From NCBI GenBank assembly GCA_026770705.1, contig JANJGN010000035.1, positions 14,198,001 to 14,262,000 on the forward strand: DNA of 64,000 nt, in the 5' to 3' direction. Source of the DNA: Isurus oxyrinchus (Eukaryota). The position numbers were made by a program, and so were the translations under genes. Shown here one piece after another: positions 51,590-63,815 of the stretch. The notes under the pieces were generated by a model that did not search any database, was not told the origin of the DNA, and saw only the letters and a program-made list of their open reading frames with translations. Within the stretch, counting starts at the first letter, position 1. Every line of letters starts with the position of its first letter.

Positions 51590-51915
51590 CTTGTGGCATT
51601 GCGAATGAAAACTAATAAAGTATCAACCCAGGGAACCGGTTTCAAATCCCCTATGGTAGACGCTGCTGTTTGAACTCAGTGAATGACAGGAATTAAAAAT
51701 CTAACAATGTCCATGGAACCTTTGTCACCATAACACACCTGGTGCTCTAATGGCCATTAAGGAAGAAATTCTGCTGTCTTCACCTCGTCTGGCCTGCGTG
51801 GAGGCCAGACCCACGATCGAAGTATGGTTGACTCGTGAAAATGGCGCCTGGACAAGAGTGCGCTATAAATGCTGGCCTAGACATTGACAGCCAATATGCC
51901 ACAAATAGATTTTAA
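51590..51915 (+). mobile_element. tRNA-head SINE
   Basis: GGTTTCAAATCCC..AAGGAAGAAATTCTGCTGTCTT..ATAAATGCTGGCCTAG. Confidence 0.75.
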
Positions 51916-52049
51916 AAACAGTTGCCACATAACACGCCACCACTGTGACATATCCAGCAGTTGGTGGCAGCGAGAATGTGGTTAAACGAGCAGACAAAGG
52001 GAGGGGGTGGGGCTGCGATTTGGTGGAAATATTCTATAAAGGGCGGATT

Positions 52050-52340
52050 TGTAAGGCAAGAAATGTAGACTACGACCAAGATTGGAAGCTTACAGTGATT
52101 AGTAAATGTATCACAATTGTATGAAGCAACTCAGATTACAACGTGATCTATGTCGATAACTTGAAAACTGTTGCACTGTCCGTAATGACCTTGTCAAAAT
52201 TGTTTTTTCGTTCATTGATTGTACTGAAGTTCCTCATGATCTATGTGGGAAACTGGGACATGATTGCACTTTTATAATGGTAACTTTGAAAGGTTTTTTA
52301 AAGTTCTTTCAGATATTTTATGTATAAAGTGTATTAATAA
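52050..52340 (+). mobile_element. Tx1-type 3' UTR insertion, copy B only
   Basis: Aligns by eye to 22490-22745, the UTR following the Tx1 ORF2 remnant; absent at the equivalent site in copy A. Confidence 0.65.
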
Positions 52341-52405
52341 TAACTTGAGTAACAAATATCTTTTGTGAGACATTGAAGGTCGCTGTGTGAAATCAGACTT
52401 TCGAA

Positions 52406-52478
52406 GCCTGGGCAGGTCAGTCAGTAGAGCATCAGATTTTTAATCTGAGGGTCTAGGGTTCAAGTCCCTATTATGGCA
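52406..52478 (+). tRNA. TRK-TTT: tRNA-Lys(UUU), degenerate, probable pseudogene
   Basis: GCCTGGGCAGGTCAGTCAGTAGAGCATCAGATTTTTAATCTGAGGGTCTAGGGTTCAAGTCCC..; B box intact, U8C, G18A and acceptor-stem mismatches. Confidence 0.9.
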
Positions 52479-52519
52479 TCCAATGTCGAAAGTTGACCAG
52501 TGATGAAGAAGATATTCGT

Positions 52520-55060
52520 AATCAGCATTATCACAGAGTTCACCTGGCCCTCACTTTCAGTTTCGAAATCATTGCAACTTGCCGCAATTTTCTTGCTTCA
52601 ATCATATTTTTTCAGAATACATTTCCAGATGGACTTTATGTTTTTTACTTGTAGAAATGCGTCCTGACTTGGCTCTTGATTCGCCGAGATATTTGCATTC
52701 TTTGGGCCGGAGGAAACAGTTTCTCTGCTGTGATGTTGGGTTTTATTTTATTTAACTGGTTTTTTTTTTTGGAAATATGGTGGTATTCTGTAAAGAAGGA
52801 CGTCTGTGTATGTGCGTGTGTTTGAGCCTGATTAATTAAACAGTGGGAGGTACATAGTTTTGAGTAGACTGTGAGCCAATTAGCAGGGGAGCACTACCCT
52901 CTGCCAATGTTCGCTCCACAACAGACATGAGACAACGAACTGCCAGTATCACTGAGGGATCTTGCTCTGTGCAAACTTGCTGCCTTGTTTACTACATTAC
53001 CACACAGTTTCCAAGCTTAACAAACATTCTATCGGCTGCTTCACATTCAGTGACATGCTTTGGATAAATTCCAATTTCTGCATTGGCTCTTGAACACATC
53101 AATCCTACTTCACAGTAGCGCCCAGGAGCATCAGCTCAAAACTCCACACCCTCCTCCACTTTCTGACTGACACATATACTCTGCCTCGCTCTCTGCTGGC
53201 GTTATGCTTGCTTTAAAGTGAGTTCCACCAAGGTTCTCTATAAGGATTTAAAATCTGCCACGCTTCACTTTAAAGTCTGTCGAATGACATATTTCATTTG
53301 ACTCAAATAAAATTGATGTGTACCCCATTCCAAAAATGTCCGCTTTTTGGACAGTGGATTTGACACACTGAACCTGTGCAACAAAGGCAAGAGATCCATG
53401 GATTTTTCATGGAATTGTAGGAGTTAAGGATAGGGCATTAATGTGGTGCTGAACTCAAGGGATCACCTTTGAACTCATTGAATCACAAAGCGAGTTTGAG
53501 GTTTAGAACAGCTTTGAATTGCACCTATTACTAATGATCTATTCAGTGGGCGCCACTGTACCGCCCAGTCAGTACGCTAGAAAAGTAGAATTGAGTAGAG
53601 CAGTCAAGTGAATAGTTGCAGTGGGGCAGGTTCAAGGGGCTGTATGGCCAATGTACTCTCCAAATGTATTCCTCACTGCGGCAATGACAAGTTGTCTGAT
53701 AAGGTTCTTGCCAACTGAGAACCAGCATTATTTAATCAGCAGCTACTCCCTTTCTCACACATTTGCTGTTCAATCTTTAACTCTTTCGCTTCTCAAGGAA
53801 ATGTTCCTTGCCTCAAAACTCTCTGTGTACTCATCAGAAACACCGACTAGGGAGATTCTATTGGGATCGGGAAAGAAGAGGAGGCAGAGTGAGGAGTCAC
53901 ACAGTACTTTGGCTTCTGTGTTCCCTCAGGACATTAGCTGCTGACAGTACTTCGGTGGGTATGGACTCTTACTCTCTGAATCAGAAGCTCGCGAATTGAA
54001 GGTCCATGCCACATCCATTTTGGTCCATTATTCAGTCAGATACTCCAACGCTAGCGCAGGGCGATGGGGGCACTGGCACAATCAGTACTGGGGAAGCAAA
54101 ACACGTTTGGAGGCTCAGTGTAGATGGGGGTGCAGCGCCGCACTGTCAAAAGGCGTCGGTACTTGTTGGGTCGGTGCAGGGGGAGCGGAGACCTGCTTGA
54201 TAGTCAGTGCAAGGGAGAGCGGCGCCCCATGTGAAGGTCTTTGTAGACGGAGGGCCGCTCTGTCAGAGCATCAGTGGAGGGGGCGTGCTGCACTACCTCA
54301 TGTGCTGCCTTCTGAATCAGTTTTTGAACGATGACCATGGTCTGTGCTCTCATGATTATGTGCTCGTTATCAGATTACTGTCTGTGGAAGTCTGCAGTGT
54401 GCAAATTGCCTGCCACATTCCCTACATTTCAAGTGCGACCACAGGGCGAAAGGACCTTACTCGCTCTGAAATCAAAAAAACAGAAAATGCTCAACAAACT
54501 CAGCAGTTCTTACAGAATTTACGGAGATATAAACAGACTCAACCTTTCGAATAGGTAAAACACTTCTTGTCTCTGAAATGCTTTCCCGATATCACAGAAG
54601 CAGCTATATAAATGCATTTTTTGTCTAATTGCAGCTCGACGTACGCATTGCCAAGTGACCCTGGAAATTAGAATCATCATCATGATATAAAAACCCAAAA
54701 CATTTACCCTGGTTTCAAGGGGCTTCATCCAAACCTGTCCAATTTGCCAATGTTGTGTTTACAACTATGTGGAGATTTTGAGAGATTTCTCCATCACAGC
54801 ATTCACTTGCATGTTCTGACCCTTTTGCAGACAGATATTTTGAAAGACAACCTCTGAACCTCGAACATTTCCAGAGCTATAGGGCCAAGCTGTGATGGAC
54901 ACCAAGCCCAATCCACCCACAGAAATAAAGGAGGAAGTACGAAGTTTCCAACAGAGCCTAGTGCTCAAGTTCACTGACCTAATGGGGGAGCAAGAAAACC
55001 CTGGCTTTACAAAGGGACCATTACAGGATGTATTTGATAAACCTTTTCTACACAACAGCA
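52520..55060 (+). pseudogene. LRR remnants interleaved with SINEs
   Basis: FPDGL..LTWL, ISFDSNKI, TVDLTH, PNVF..TENQ, EPRTFPEL..NPPTEIKEE. Confidence 0.5.
53945..54625 (+). mobile_element. Deu-domain SINE with internal repeats and a nested Penelope remnant (54465-54570, minus)
   Basis: GTGCTGCACT..GTGTGCAAATTGCCTGCC..CCTACATT..GCTATATAAATGCA. Confidence 0.7.
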
Positions 55061-55069
55061 ACCCCAGCC

Positions 55070-55610
55070 AGAGAATTGTGTCCAAATCCTGGACTCTGCA
55101 CTTCAGGGAGGATGTGCGGTCCTTGGAGAAGTTGGGGAAGAGTTTTCACCAGAATGGTATCAGAGCTCAGGGAATCTGGAGGGAAAGGAGTTGCTGGGAT
55201 TTTTCCCCCTTTGACCAGAGAATGCTCAGCGGAGATTTAATAGATGTGGTTAGAAACATGAAGTGGTTTATGGTTGAAGAAAGAGACAGAGAGAGAGAGA
55301 TTGTGTTTGCTGTTGCTGGAGGGTTGGGGAGCAAAGGACGCAGACTGAAGATAACTCGCAAGAGATGCAGAAGGGATTGTAGGAGATTTTTTTCTTTTAC
55401 ACAGCATAATATATAACGTGCTGGCTGAAAGGGCAGATTCTATTTTAACTTTCAATGCTTGTAAGATAAATATTTGAATGAGAAAATACTGACAGGGCTG
55501 AGGAGGGAAGGAGGTGTGCGAGGGTTGAAGAGTACATTCTAGTGGGGCTTCATGGGATAGATATTTCAAAGAACTGAGCCGATTGTCCCTTTCCTGAGCC
55601 CGATCATTCC
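55070..55610 (+). mobile_element. CR1 3' fragment
   Basis: HFREDVRSLEK..QRMLSGDLIDV. Confidence 0.8.
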
Positions 55611-55624
55611 ACGAGAATACGGGC

Positions 55625-56020
55625 TTTTATTTCTCCAATATCTCTCACAATCTCGGAACGTCCTGAGGCGCTTTACAGTCACTTTTGGTAATGTTATTAT
55701 CTTCGTATTGAAGGAAAATCAAAGGCCAAATTTTGCACAGCGAGCTCCAATAGACAGCCTTGACAAAACGGCCAGGTAATCTGTTTCAATGATGTTGATT
55801 GGGGAATAAATTTTGGCGCCAGGACGAAAGGGGCGATTTGGCTGGGCGAGGCGGGGAGCGGAAGGGATGCTGAGCATTATTCTTCATCAAAATAGCGCCC
55901 GCCGGTACTTTTTACATCCAAAAGTAACTTCAGGGCCTCGGTTTTATCTCATCTGAAAGACTGCACCATCCCAACAGGGAAGCACTCCATCGGCACTTGC
56001 ATTGGGTATTTAATTCTGGA
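55625..56020 (-). mobile_element. Deu-domain SINE
   Basis: GGCGCTTTACAG..TTTGCACAGCGAGCTCC..GGGCCTCGGTTTTATCTCATCTGAAAGACTGCACC. Confidence 0.8.
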
Positions 56021-57090
56021 CATAGCAATACATGAACTTGAGGCAGGAGGCGGCCACTCCGTCCCTTAATCTTACTTAACCTTTAAATATATACATGGCT
56101 TTTCTGAATGTTTCCTCAGCCTCACATTTCCTGCCGACCCCCGATAACCTTTCACCCCCATGTTGATCAAGAGTCTTTCTAGCTCGGTCTTAACAATATT
56201 CAAATACGCAGCTTCCACCGCCCTTTGAGGAAGGGTGTTCCGGAGACTCTTGATCCTCAGAGAGAAACAGATTTCTCTTAATTTTTGTCTTAAATGGACG
56301 ACCACCTATTTCTAAACAGTGAGAACAAGTTCTATCTCTCACACAAGAGGGAACATGATATCCACACTCTGTCAACGCCCTCTTATCTTCTAAACATCAG
56401 CTGATACATGCCTAACCTATAAAAACTTTCCTCATAGCACCAAGCCCCGCCCCCACACCACCCCACTTTCCTGGTATTAGCCTGATGTACCGTCTCTTCC
56501 AACGGCTTCTAAAACATTTATAACCTTCCTTACATATGAATACCAGTGTTGTACACAGAACTCCATGTGGTCTCACCAATGTCCTGAGTAACTGAAGCAT
56601 GCATTCCCTACTTTTGTATTCAAATCCCCTAGAAATAAATGATGGTATTCTATTAGCTTGCCATATTTCGTGATGTACCTGCATAATCACCTTTAGTGAT
56701 TCATGCCTTGACACCCATTTTGTTCTGCATATGAAAGCTCTGCAATCTCTTGCAATTCTGATAATAAGCTTCCTTTATCGTTCCTTCTGCCAAAAAAGAA
56801 CAATTTCACAATCACACTAATGGGAAATTCAGAGGGATTACGTTGTGGTTCAAAATCATACGACGTGGAAGCAGAAGTAGATCATTCAGCCCATCGAGTC
56901 TGCTCTGCCATTCATTGAGATCGTGGTTGACCTGATAATCCTCAACTCCACGTTCCTTCCTTGTCCCCATAACCCGTGATTCCTGTAGCTTTTAAAAATT
57001 GGCCTATCTCGATGCTGAATTACTTACAGACCCAAACTCTACAGCCCTCTGTGGTAAAGAATTCCACAGTTTGAGAACACTCAGAGATGA
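56020..57090 (-). mobile_element. Two CR1 3' fragments
   Basis: ANRIPSFISRGFEYKSRE; LPQRAVEA; second tail GCAGAAGTAGATCATTCAGCCCATCGAG at ~56870. Confidence 0.85.
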
Positions 57091-57259
57091 AAGTCTGCTG
57101 CGTGGGCGGGGGTATTAGTGGTGTAACGACGATTGAGGGAAGACACAGTGACCCAGAAGTGGATATGGGATACAGGGAAGACACCTTCAGTAGTCAAATA
57201 TTGGCAGTATGGAGGAGAAGGAATGAAGTTTAGAAATGGGTCCCAATCTCTGGCTGTTG

Positions 57260-60200
57260 TTCATGAATACGTTCAGAGATTTAATACCGAAGGGATTCAG
57301 CAACACAAACCAGTCTGTGGGCTTATAAATAAACCCCCGTAGCTTAGTCACTCATCCAACTCCTTCCCCACGCATTCTGATCAATTTGGAAGTGCGTACG
57401 TTTTATTTTGCCCAAAAATGAAAGTAAACCCGACAGATATGTCCGAAGAGTCACCATTTCGCCCTCTAAAAATCTAGAATCTCGTAATCAAGGATTCTGA
57501 CACAGATCTAGAATCGCTGTTGCAACATCCGGGATTACCTCTAAACGAGAGTCCTTCCAGATCCAGGAATCTATATATTAAAAAATAAAATCTGGATACA
57601 ATCCCTCCAGACCCAGGTCTGACAAATCAATTTTATCGTCCCATCAATCCAGGGGGCCCTCAAAGGTTCAGATCCCGTACTTGCAAACCGAGGTTAGTCT
57701 CCGGAAAAGTACATTTAAAAATTCAGGATTCACTGTCTTCGACCATGAGACGAAACCAAAAATGAAGATTCCCCTCCTGAACAACTGATACAGCGACTCA
57801 AAACATTAACTATGTTTCTCTCTCACACAGATGCTTCCAGACCTCTGCCACATTTCCACATTGCTCTGTTTTTATTTCAGAGTCCCAGGATTCGCTGTAT
57901 TTTGATTTTTTATTAGGCAAATCAAGATTCACGTCCTTTTGCTGCTCAGGATTATTTCCAAGAAAACAGGATTTGAATTGCCTTTCAAGTCCCAGGATTT
58001 TCTCCCTTCCCCTTTGAATGATAAAAAGATTGGGCATTTTTGAATGTTTTCCACTTCCGCAATTCCCCCCCCCCCCCCACTCCCTTACCCACACCCCCTC
58101 CTCCCCACCACCAACTCCAGCAGCAGGAAGTGCTGCAATTTCCACTATGACATGTGAACAATCAAAGAAGGTGAAGGAGTAGGTCTTTCTGCCCTTCGAG
58201 ACTGTTCCAGTATTCAATAACATCATGGCTTGCTTTATAGGAACCTCACGTCAGTTCTGTGGCAAATCCACCTCTGCCTTTAAAACATTCAGACTTTGCT
58301 GCCACCATTCATTCAAGATGAGTGATAGAAATACTCAGCACCATATGAGAAATAAAAAAAATTGCCTTACATCCATTTTAAATGAATGATCCCTTATTTT
58401 TAAACAGCGACCCCTATTTCTAGATTCTCACAGGAGAGGAAACATCCTGTATACACCCGCACGGTCAAGACACCTCAGGATCATAGCATTTTCAATCCAG
58501 GTGCTGACTACTCCTCTAAACTCCAGAGGCTGCAAGGATAAGGCTGCCCAATCTTTCCTCAATCGTCCATTCTATGTGTTACCCAGGAAAACCTTCACTA
58601 AACTGTTCCCAACATATTTACATCCTTCCTCAAATATGGTTGCCAATAATATACACTGAACTCTAGCCCTCTTTTCTTTCAGATCTACTATGCGTCTTCC
58701 CCCTCTCTCAAAAACCATCCGAAGATAACCAGTGGGGGAGGAGTGCAGGATTGGGTGAAATGTGAATGAGGTGCAAGTTCAACGAGGGAGGTTGCCCCCA
58801 GCAAATGTTGTGAGAATGCGGCAGGTGAGGGAGCGTATCTGACACCCTCCACCAACAACCTCATCCTCCTCTTCCATCACCACTACCCCTCTCCGCTCAC
58901 CGTCAGTTCACCTCTTATTTTACCCTCTCTATGCTGTGGAAAGCCACAGCCTGGAGGCACCATGTCACGGAACACTGCGTTATCATCATACCTTCCCTGG
59001 AGAACCCACCTCGGCCACCGTCAATGGCTCAAAGACTCAGTCAGTACCCAGTCTGTCAGTCACAAAGCTGCCCTCCCTGGCCATTCGGTCCCTGAGCAAG
59101 AAAACGCCCATTCTGGCAACACCATGAGGGAGATGTGGCGAGTTTATGGGCACGAACTCACCCGTTCAACAATTAGCAACACAGAGCCATTCATTTGGAC
59201 TTCTGTGCTCAAGCATTCTTAATTCTCCCGAATATTCATCGTGGTTCAGCATCTCGTCCTATGCATTACATTCACAATGTGAATATCATCAAATCAGAAA
59301 CCCCCAGTTCCCCCTGGCGGAAAATGGAATGGTCCACACAATAGGGGTGCAATTACCAAAGTGTTGTTGCAATTTGTTCACAAGCTTGGATCAATCATCT
59401 TCTTAGATCTTTCAAAACCAATTACAAGTTAAATTTAATTTGGCTAAAATGTAATTCTCTTAATCTGGATCACTTCAAAATCTCAGATGTGCTTTTTAAT
59501 TTAAAGACATAGTTACCCCCTAGTCAATTAAGTAAGGGCCAGTTCACAATGGAACTAGTCAGCGGAGATCAAATAGACTGATTCACCTGATAGGGGACCG
59601 AGTGACAGTCTATCACCTCTTCCATTCACAGAATATCAATTAGTAATCACTGTTATCATGAATTCTTAACGAATGTAATAGTATTGCTGAGAAAATTTAG
59701 TTTACAATGATAATTTTTTTTAGAATTCCACCCCCTCCCCTCCCCCCTGCTACAAAGTTTTGGGCATTAACCTGTTGCACTGAGGGAGAGATTTAAGGTA
59801 AAGTTAGTGTATTCCACATCTCCCATCCCCAACACTTCCTCACCCCCATCTTGCATTAATTGATAACAAGGATATTCAGAGGGCCAGCAAAGGTGTGCTC
59901 TGTGTTCTTGTTGTTGTTTTTTGATGCCTGATGTTGGTAATAATCACACTTTGAGCTTGGAAGAATGAGGGCTCTTCAGTTGGACGGAAAGTGTAGTTAA
60001 GAGCAAAATCAGACCAGCTATTAATGGCAGAGCCTTAGCCGGCTCCTATTGCTTAAGAGTTTGTTGCCATTGGACGGTTGTATAGTGTTAATGTCACTGA
60101 GCAAGGAATCCCATGACCTAGGCTAATGTTCTGGGAACATTGTGGAATTTAATGGCCGGCGGTGGAATATACATTCACTAGCCTATGCGAATTTGTGTAA

Positions 60201-60350
60201 AAGTGCAAGTTAAGAACTGGTTCTGCTAGGGATCGCACAACATCCCAAAATTACTAAAAATCAGATGGCATTATTCAAAAATAAATCCTTCTAATGTGAA
60301 TGCAAACAATCATTTTAAATTGAAAAAGATTTTGATGTGTGTATGAGAAA
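57260..60350 (+). pseudogene. LRR remnants (paralog of 13870-17190) with shared Penelope and CR1 insertions
   Basis: Colinear homology; DVGNN..GLFS, IKLPK-like, LDV motifs. Confidence 0.55.
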
Positions 60351-60384
60351 CAAGGGCCGAATTTGACGCCAATCTCTATTCAAA

Positions 60385-62545
60385 CACCTCCAGCACCTGC
60401 AAACCTCCCTGTCTCCATAGAATCCACCACTTTCTACCATCCACACTGGTCTGTAGCGTCATTCAAACCTACAACCTAGTGTAAACACTCCCAGGCCCCA
60501 CAATTATGTATTCTTCAAGCCCATACAAATATGACTTTCCTCAAACCTCTCCCAAATGTTGAAAATCTGCCAATCTCTGCAAACTCGCCCAGCTGCAAAA
60601 ACCCTCTATATGTCTTTAACATCCTCCAGCACCTACAACCCTCCCTGCAACTTAACATCCATCAGCCCCTTCCTACTTCCAGAAAACTCTTCAGGCCTAA
60701 TGTCAAGCTTCTAACCTTGGAGACATTGAGCCTCTACTATACTTCATACACTAGGACATACTCCAGCTACTAATACCCTCCCTATCCCTGTAACTTCCTC
60801 CAGCACACAAAATCCTCCATATCACTGAATCGATCTCCAATTGCTACAGCGCTCCCATTCCCTGTAACTTCTTCAAGCCCTACGAACCATGCTGTCTCTG
60901 TAACATCCTCCATTGCTGAAAATGCCCACTTATTTCCATAAATTCCTCCAGTCCCTTCAAACCTGCACTTCTCTGTAATTTCCTGCCGTCGTACAACTCT
61001 ATCTCACCATATCTATAAAGTTTCCTACCCATACAGACTCTTTATATTTGTAAACTTCGCCATCCCCTACAGCACATTCTACCTCTGTAACCTCCTCTGG
61101 TCCCATCAAACCTCCCCAGCTCAGTGAACTTCTACAGCCACTTCCAGCATCCCATCTCTGTTTAACATCTTTGAATTCCTAATAAACTCCTTACCTCTAT
61201 TACGCGCAAGGCCCTCCATAACACTTCCTCTCCGAAATTTCATCCAGACATGAAAGCTCTCCCTATGTCTCCACCTATCAGAAGCCCCTAATTCCCTCAG
61301 AAGTCGCTTCAAGCTAAAGAACTCACCACTCCGCCTATCTCTGTTACCTCCTTCAGCCTCTTAAACGCTCTATACCTCTCATCCAATCCCTTCTCGACTT
61401 TCGTTTTCCTTTAACAATCTCCTACCCTTCAACACTCGCTATCTCTGTAACCTCCTCCAGCCCTTCAAAACTTTTTAACTCCGGAATCTCCCCCAGCCTC
61501 ATAAGCCCTCCTTATCTCTGTAACCTCCGCCATCTGTAACAAACCTCTGGATATCTGTAACCTTCTGCAGCTCCTACAACCCTCCCCTATCTCATTAACC
61601 TACACCAGTCCATATAACTGTCCCACCGTCTGAAAAATTCTGCTGCCACTGCAACTCTCCGGAACTCGATAACATCCTCCACCAACTACCACTCTTCCCA
61701 TTTCTCGTAAATCCTCCAGCACCATAACAAATCCTAACTCTAAAAAACTCTCCAGTCCCTACAACCACCACCTGCTCCCCCCCCCCATCTAAGTCAACTG
61801 CTCCAGCCCCTGCAACCCGTCCTATCTCTGTCTGCTGCTCCAAATCCTACAGCCCTTCCTATCTCTGTAATCTCCTCCAGCTTGCACTGCAACCCCTCTA
61901 TCTCTGTAACATTGTCCAGCACCCACAGCTATCCCGATCACTGTTACCTCCATCGGCCTTGACAACCGTCCATAGCTATGTACATTGTATGTCCAAAAAC
62001 ACTTCCTATCCCTATTACCCTCTGCACCTCCTGCAACACACACTTTATCTGTAGCCTCCTCCAAACCCTGCAATTCTCTCTATTTCTCTAACCTACTCCA
62101 GCCCCTACAACCATGCTGATCTCTGTCCCATCCTCCAAATTCTACAACCCCCTAACTCCCATACATTCTCCAAACTCCACAGTTATCCTTATCTCTGTAA
62201 TCTCCTCCAGACCCTGCAACCTTCTCTATCTCTGTAACTCCTCCAGCCTCAGAAACGCTCTCTATCCGTGCAGTCTCCTCCAGTGCCTGCAACCCTCCCT
62301 ATGTCTGTAACCACCTCCAACTCCTACAACAATGTCTAAGTGTGTAACCTCCTCCAGAGTCTACAACATTTCTTTCGGTGTAGACATCTCTAGCACATGC
62401 ATCCGCCCCCATCTCCGTAGCCTCATCCAACCCCTACAACGCTATCTACATCTATAAACACATCTTCCTCCACAACTCTTCCTATCTCTGCATCTCCTCC
62501 AGCCCCGAGAACCTTCCCTTATCTCTGGAAACTACTTCAACCCTG
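60385..62545. repeat. 37-bp minisatellite, expanded copy (~58 units)
   Basis: TATCTCTGTAACCTCCTCCAGCCC units. Confidence 0.9.
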
Positions 62546-62794
62546 TCAATCGTTACAACTATGTTTTTACTGGCAGCTTTCTTAATTCAACTTGGCTGCA
62601 ACGTTCTCTATATTTCAACAATAACAACTGTATTGAAATTATCATTCAATATGTTATTTTGTTTTTGGTGTATTTTATTTCATGATGTTTTTCTTAACTA
62701 CCCATTGCACAAATGATCCCTCAAGGCATATATTTTCACAAAACACAAAATCACTGGAAGGAATATTGTTTTGCAATTATTTAGACTGCGCTAT

Positions 62795-63085
62795 GTACAG
62801 TGGTAAGCATCGAACAGAGGTATAGGGGTTATGTTTTTGGGCAAAAATTCCCAGGTAGGGGTTACTTTATTGGACTAACAATCCTAGGTACAGCTTTGTA
62901 GTGGTTAAATTACAGGACAAATAATCCAGAGTACAGGCGTGTAAATGTTATGTTAATGGGCTAATTATCCAAGGTAAAGTAGCGAATGGGTTATGTTTCT
63001 GGCTAACAATCCAGGTTGCAGTATTGTCAAATTATGTTACTGGACGAGTAATCCAGGGTAAAGCAGTGTAGGGTTATGTTACCGC
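62795..63085. repeat. 43-bp SINE-head minisatellite, short copy (~7 units)
   Basis: GGTTATGTTACTGG..AATCCAGGGTA units. Confidence 0.85.
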
Positions 63086-63484
63086 AATAATTGTGTTGAA
63101 TGCAGATTAAATAATCAGCTGTTAAAAGTAAATTGATGGGTTGTGCTCCATCTGCTTAAAGATTAGAACACAGATTTCCATGCAAATAGGTTCACCCTTT
63201 TATTTAAATTCGAAACGCAAACAAGCATCAAACATGCAGATTCAATTACACCTGATGCAGTAAACAAAAATAATCTACCAAACTAATTAGACATAAAAGT
63301 ATTTAATAGTTAGCTACAACCAAATGCTCAGTCGAAGCAAAAAAAAAGACATTTTGAACTGAAGTACAATATTTGAGATTCTGTCCCTGCATTCAGTATA
63401 TAGCCAGCACTGGACAACAAATTGCCTCCACAAAACTTAGCCTTTCAGTATAAGAACATCAACACGGAGAACCCTCATCAACAT

Positions 63485-63815
63485 CCCAATTTGACCATTA
63501 AAAGGTGCAGGCAACGATGGATCGAGGGTGTCGTATGACGCAAGAGACTGTGCATCTTCTGTGGCTCTGTTCATGCCCGGGCACCTCTGGAGAGGCAGCA
63601 AACGGAGTCTGCCAGCATTGTCAAGGCCTTCTGTCCTTGTTGGGCACCGTAAGGACTGGATTGTTTTATTGATTCTGTTATTCAGCTTTTGGTTTAATAT
63701 TTGTAACTTTCCTTTAAATTTTGCCATGAATTTGCAGTTTCCCTTTAAGAGGCTGCCCTTTACTTTGTCCCAGATTTTGGTAACTTAGTTAATTTGGTGC
63801 ACTCAACAGACTTAC
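63485..63815 (+). mobile_element. Tx1-type 3' fragment (paralog of 20105-20435)
   Basis: Homology including GGGCACCG and GCCCTTTACTTTGTC. Confidence 0.65.

Noticed and set aside
54892-55416. 174-aa ORF
   Set aside because: Chance read-through from an LRR remnant into a CR1 fragment
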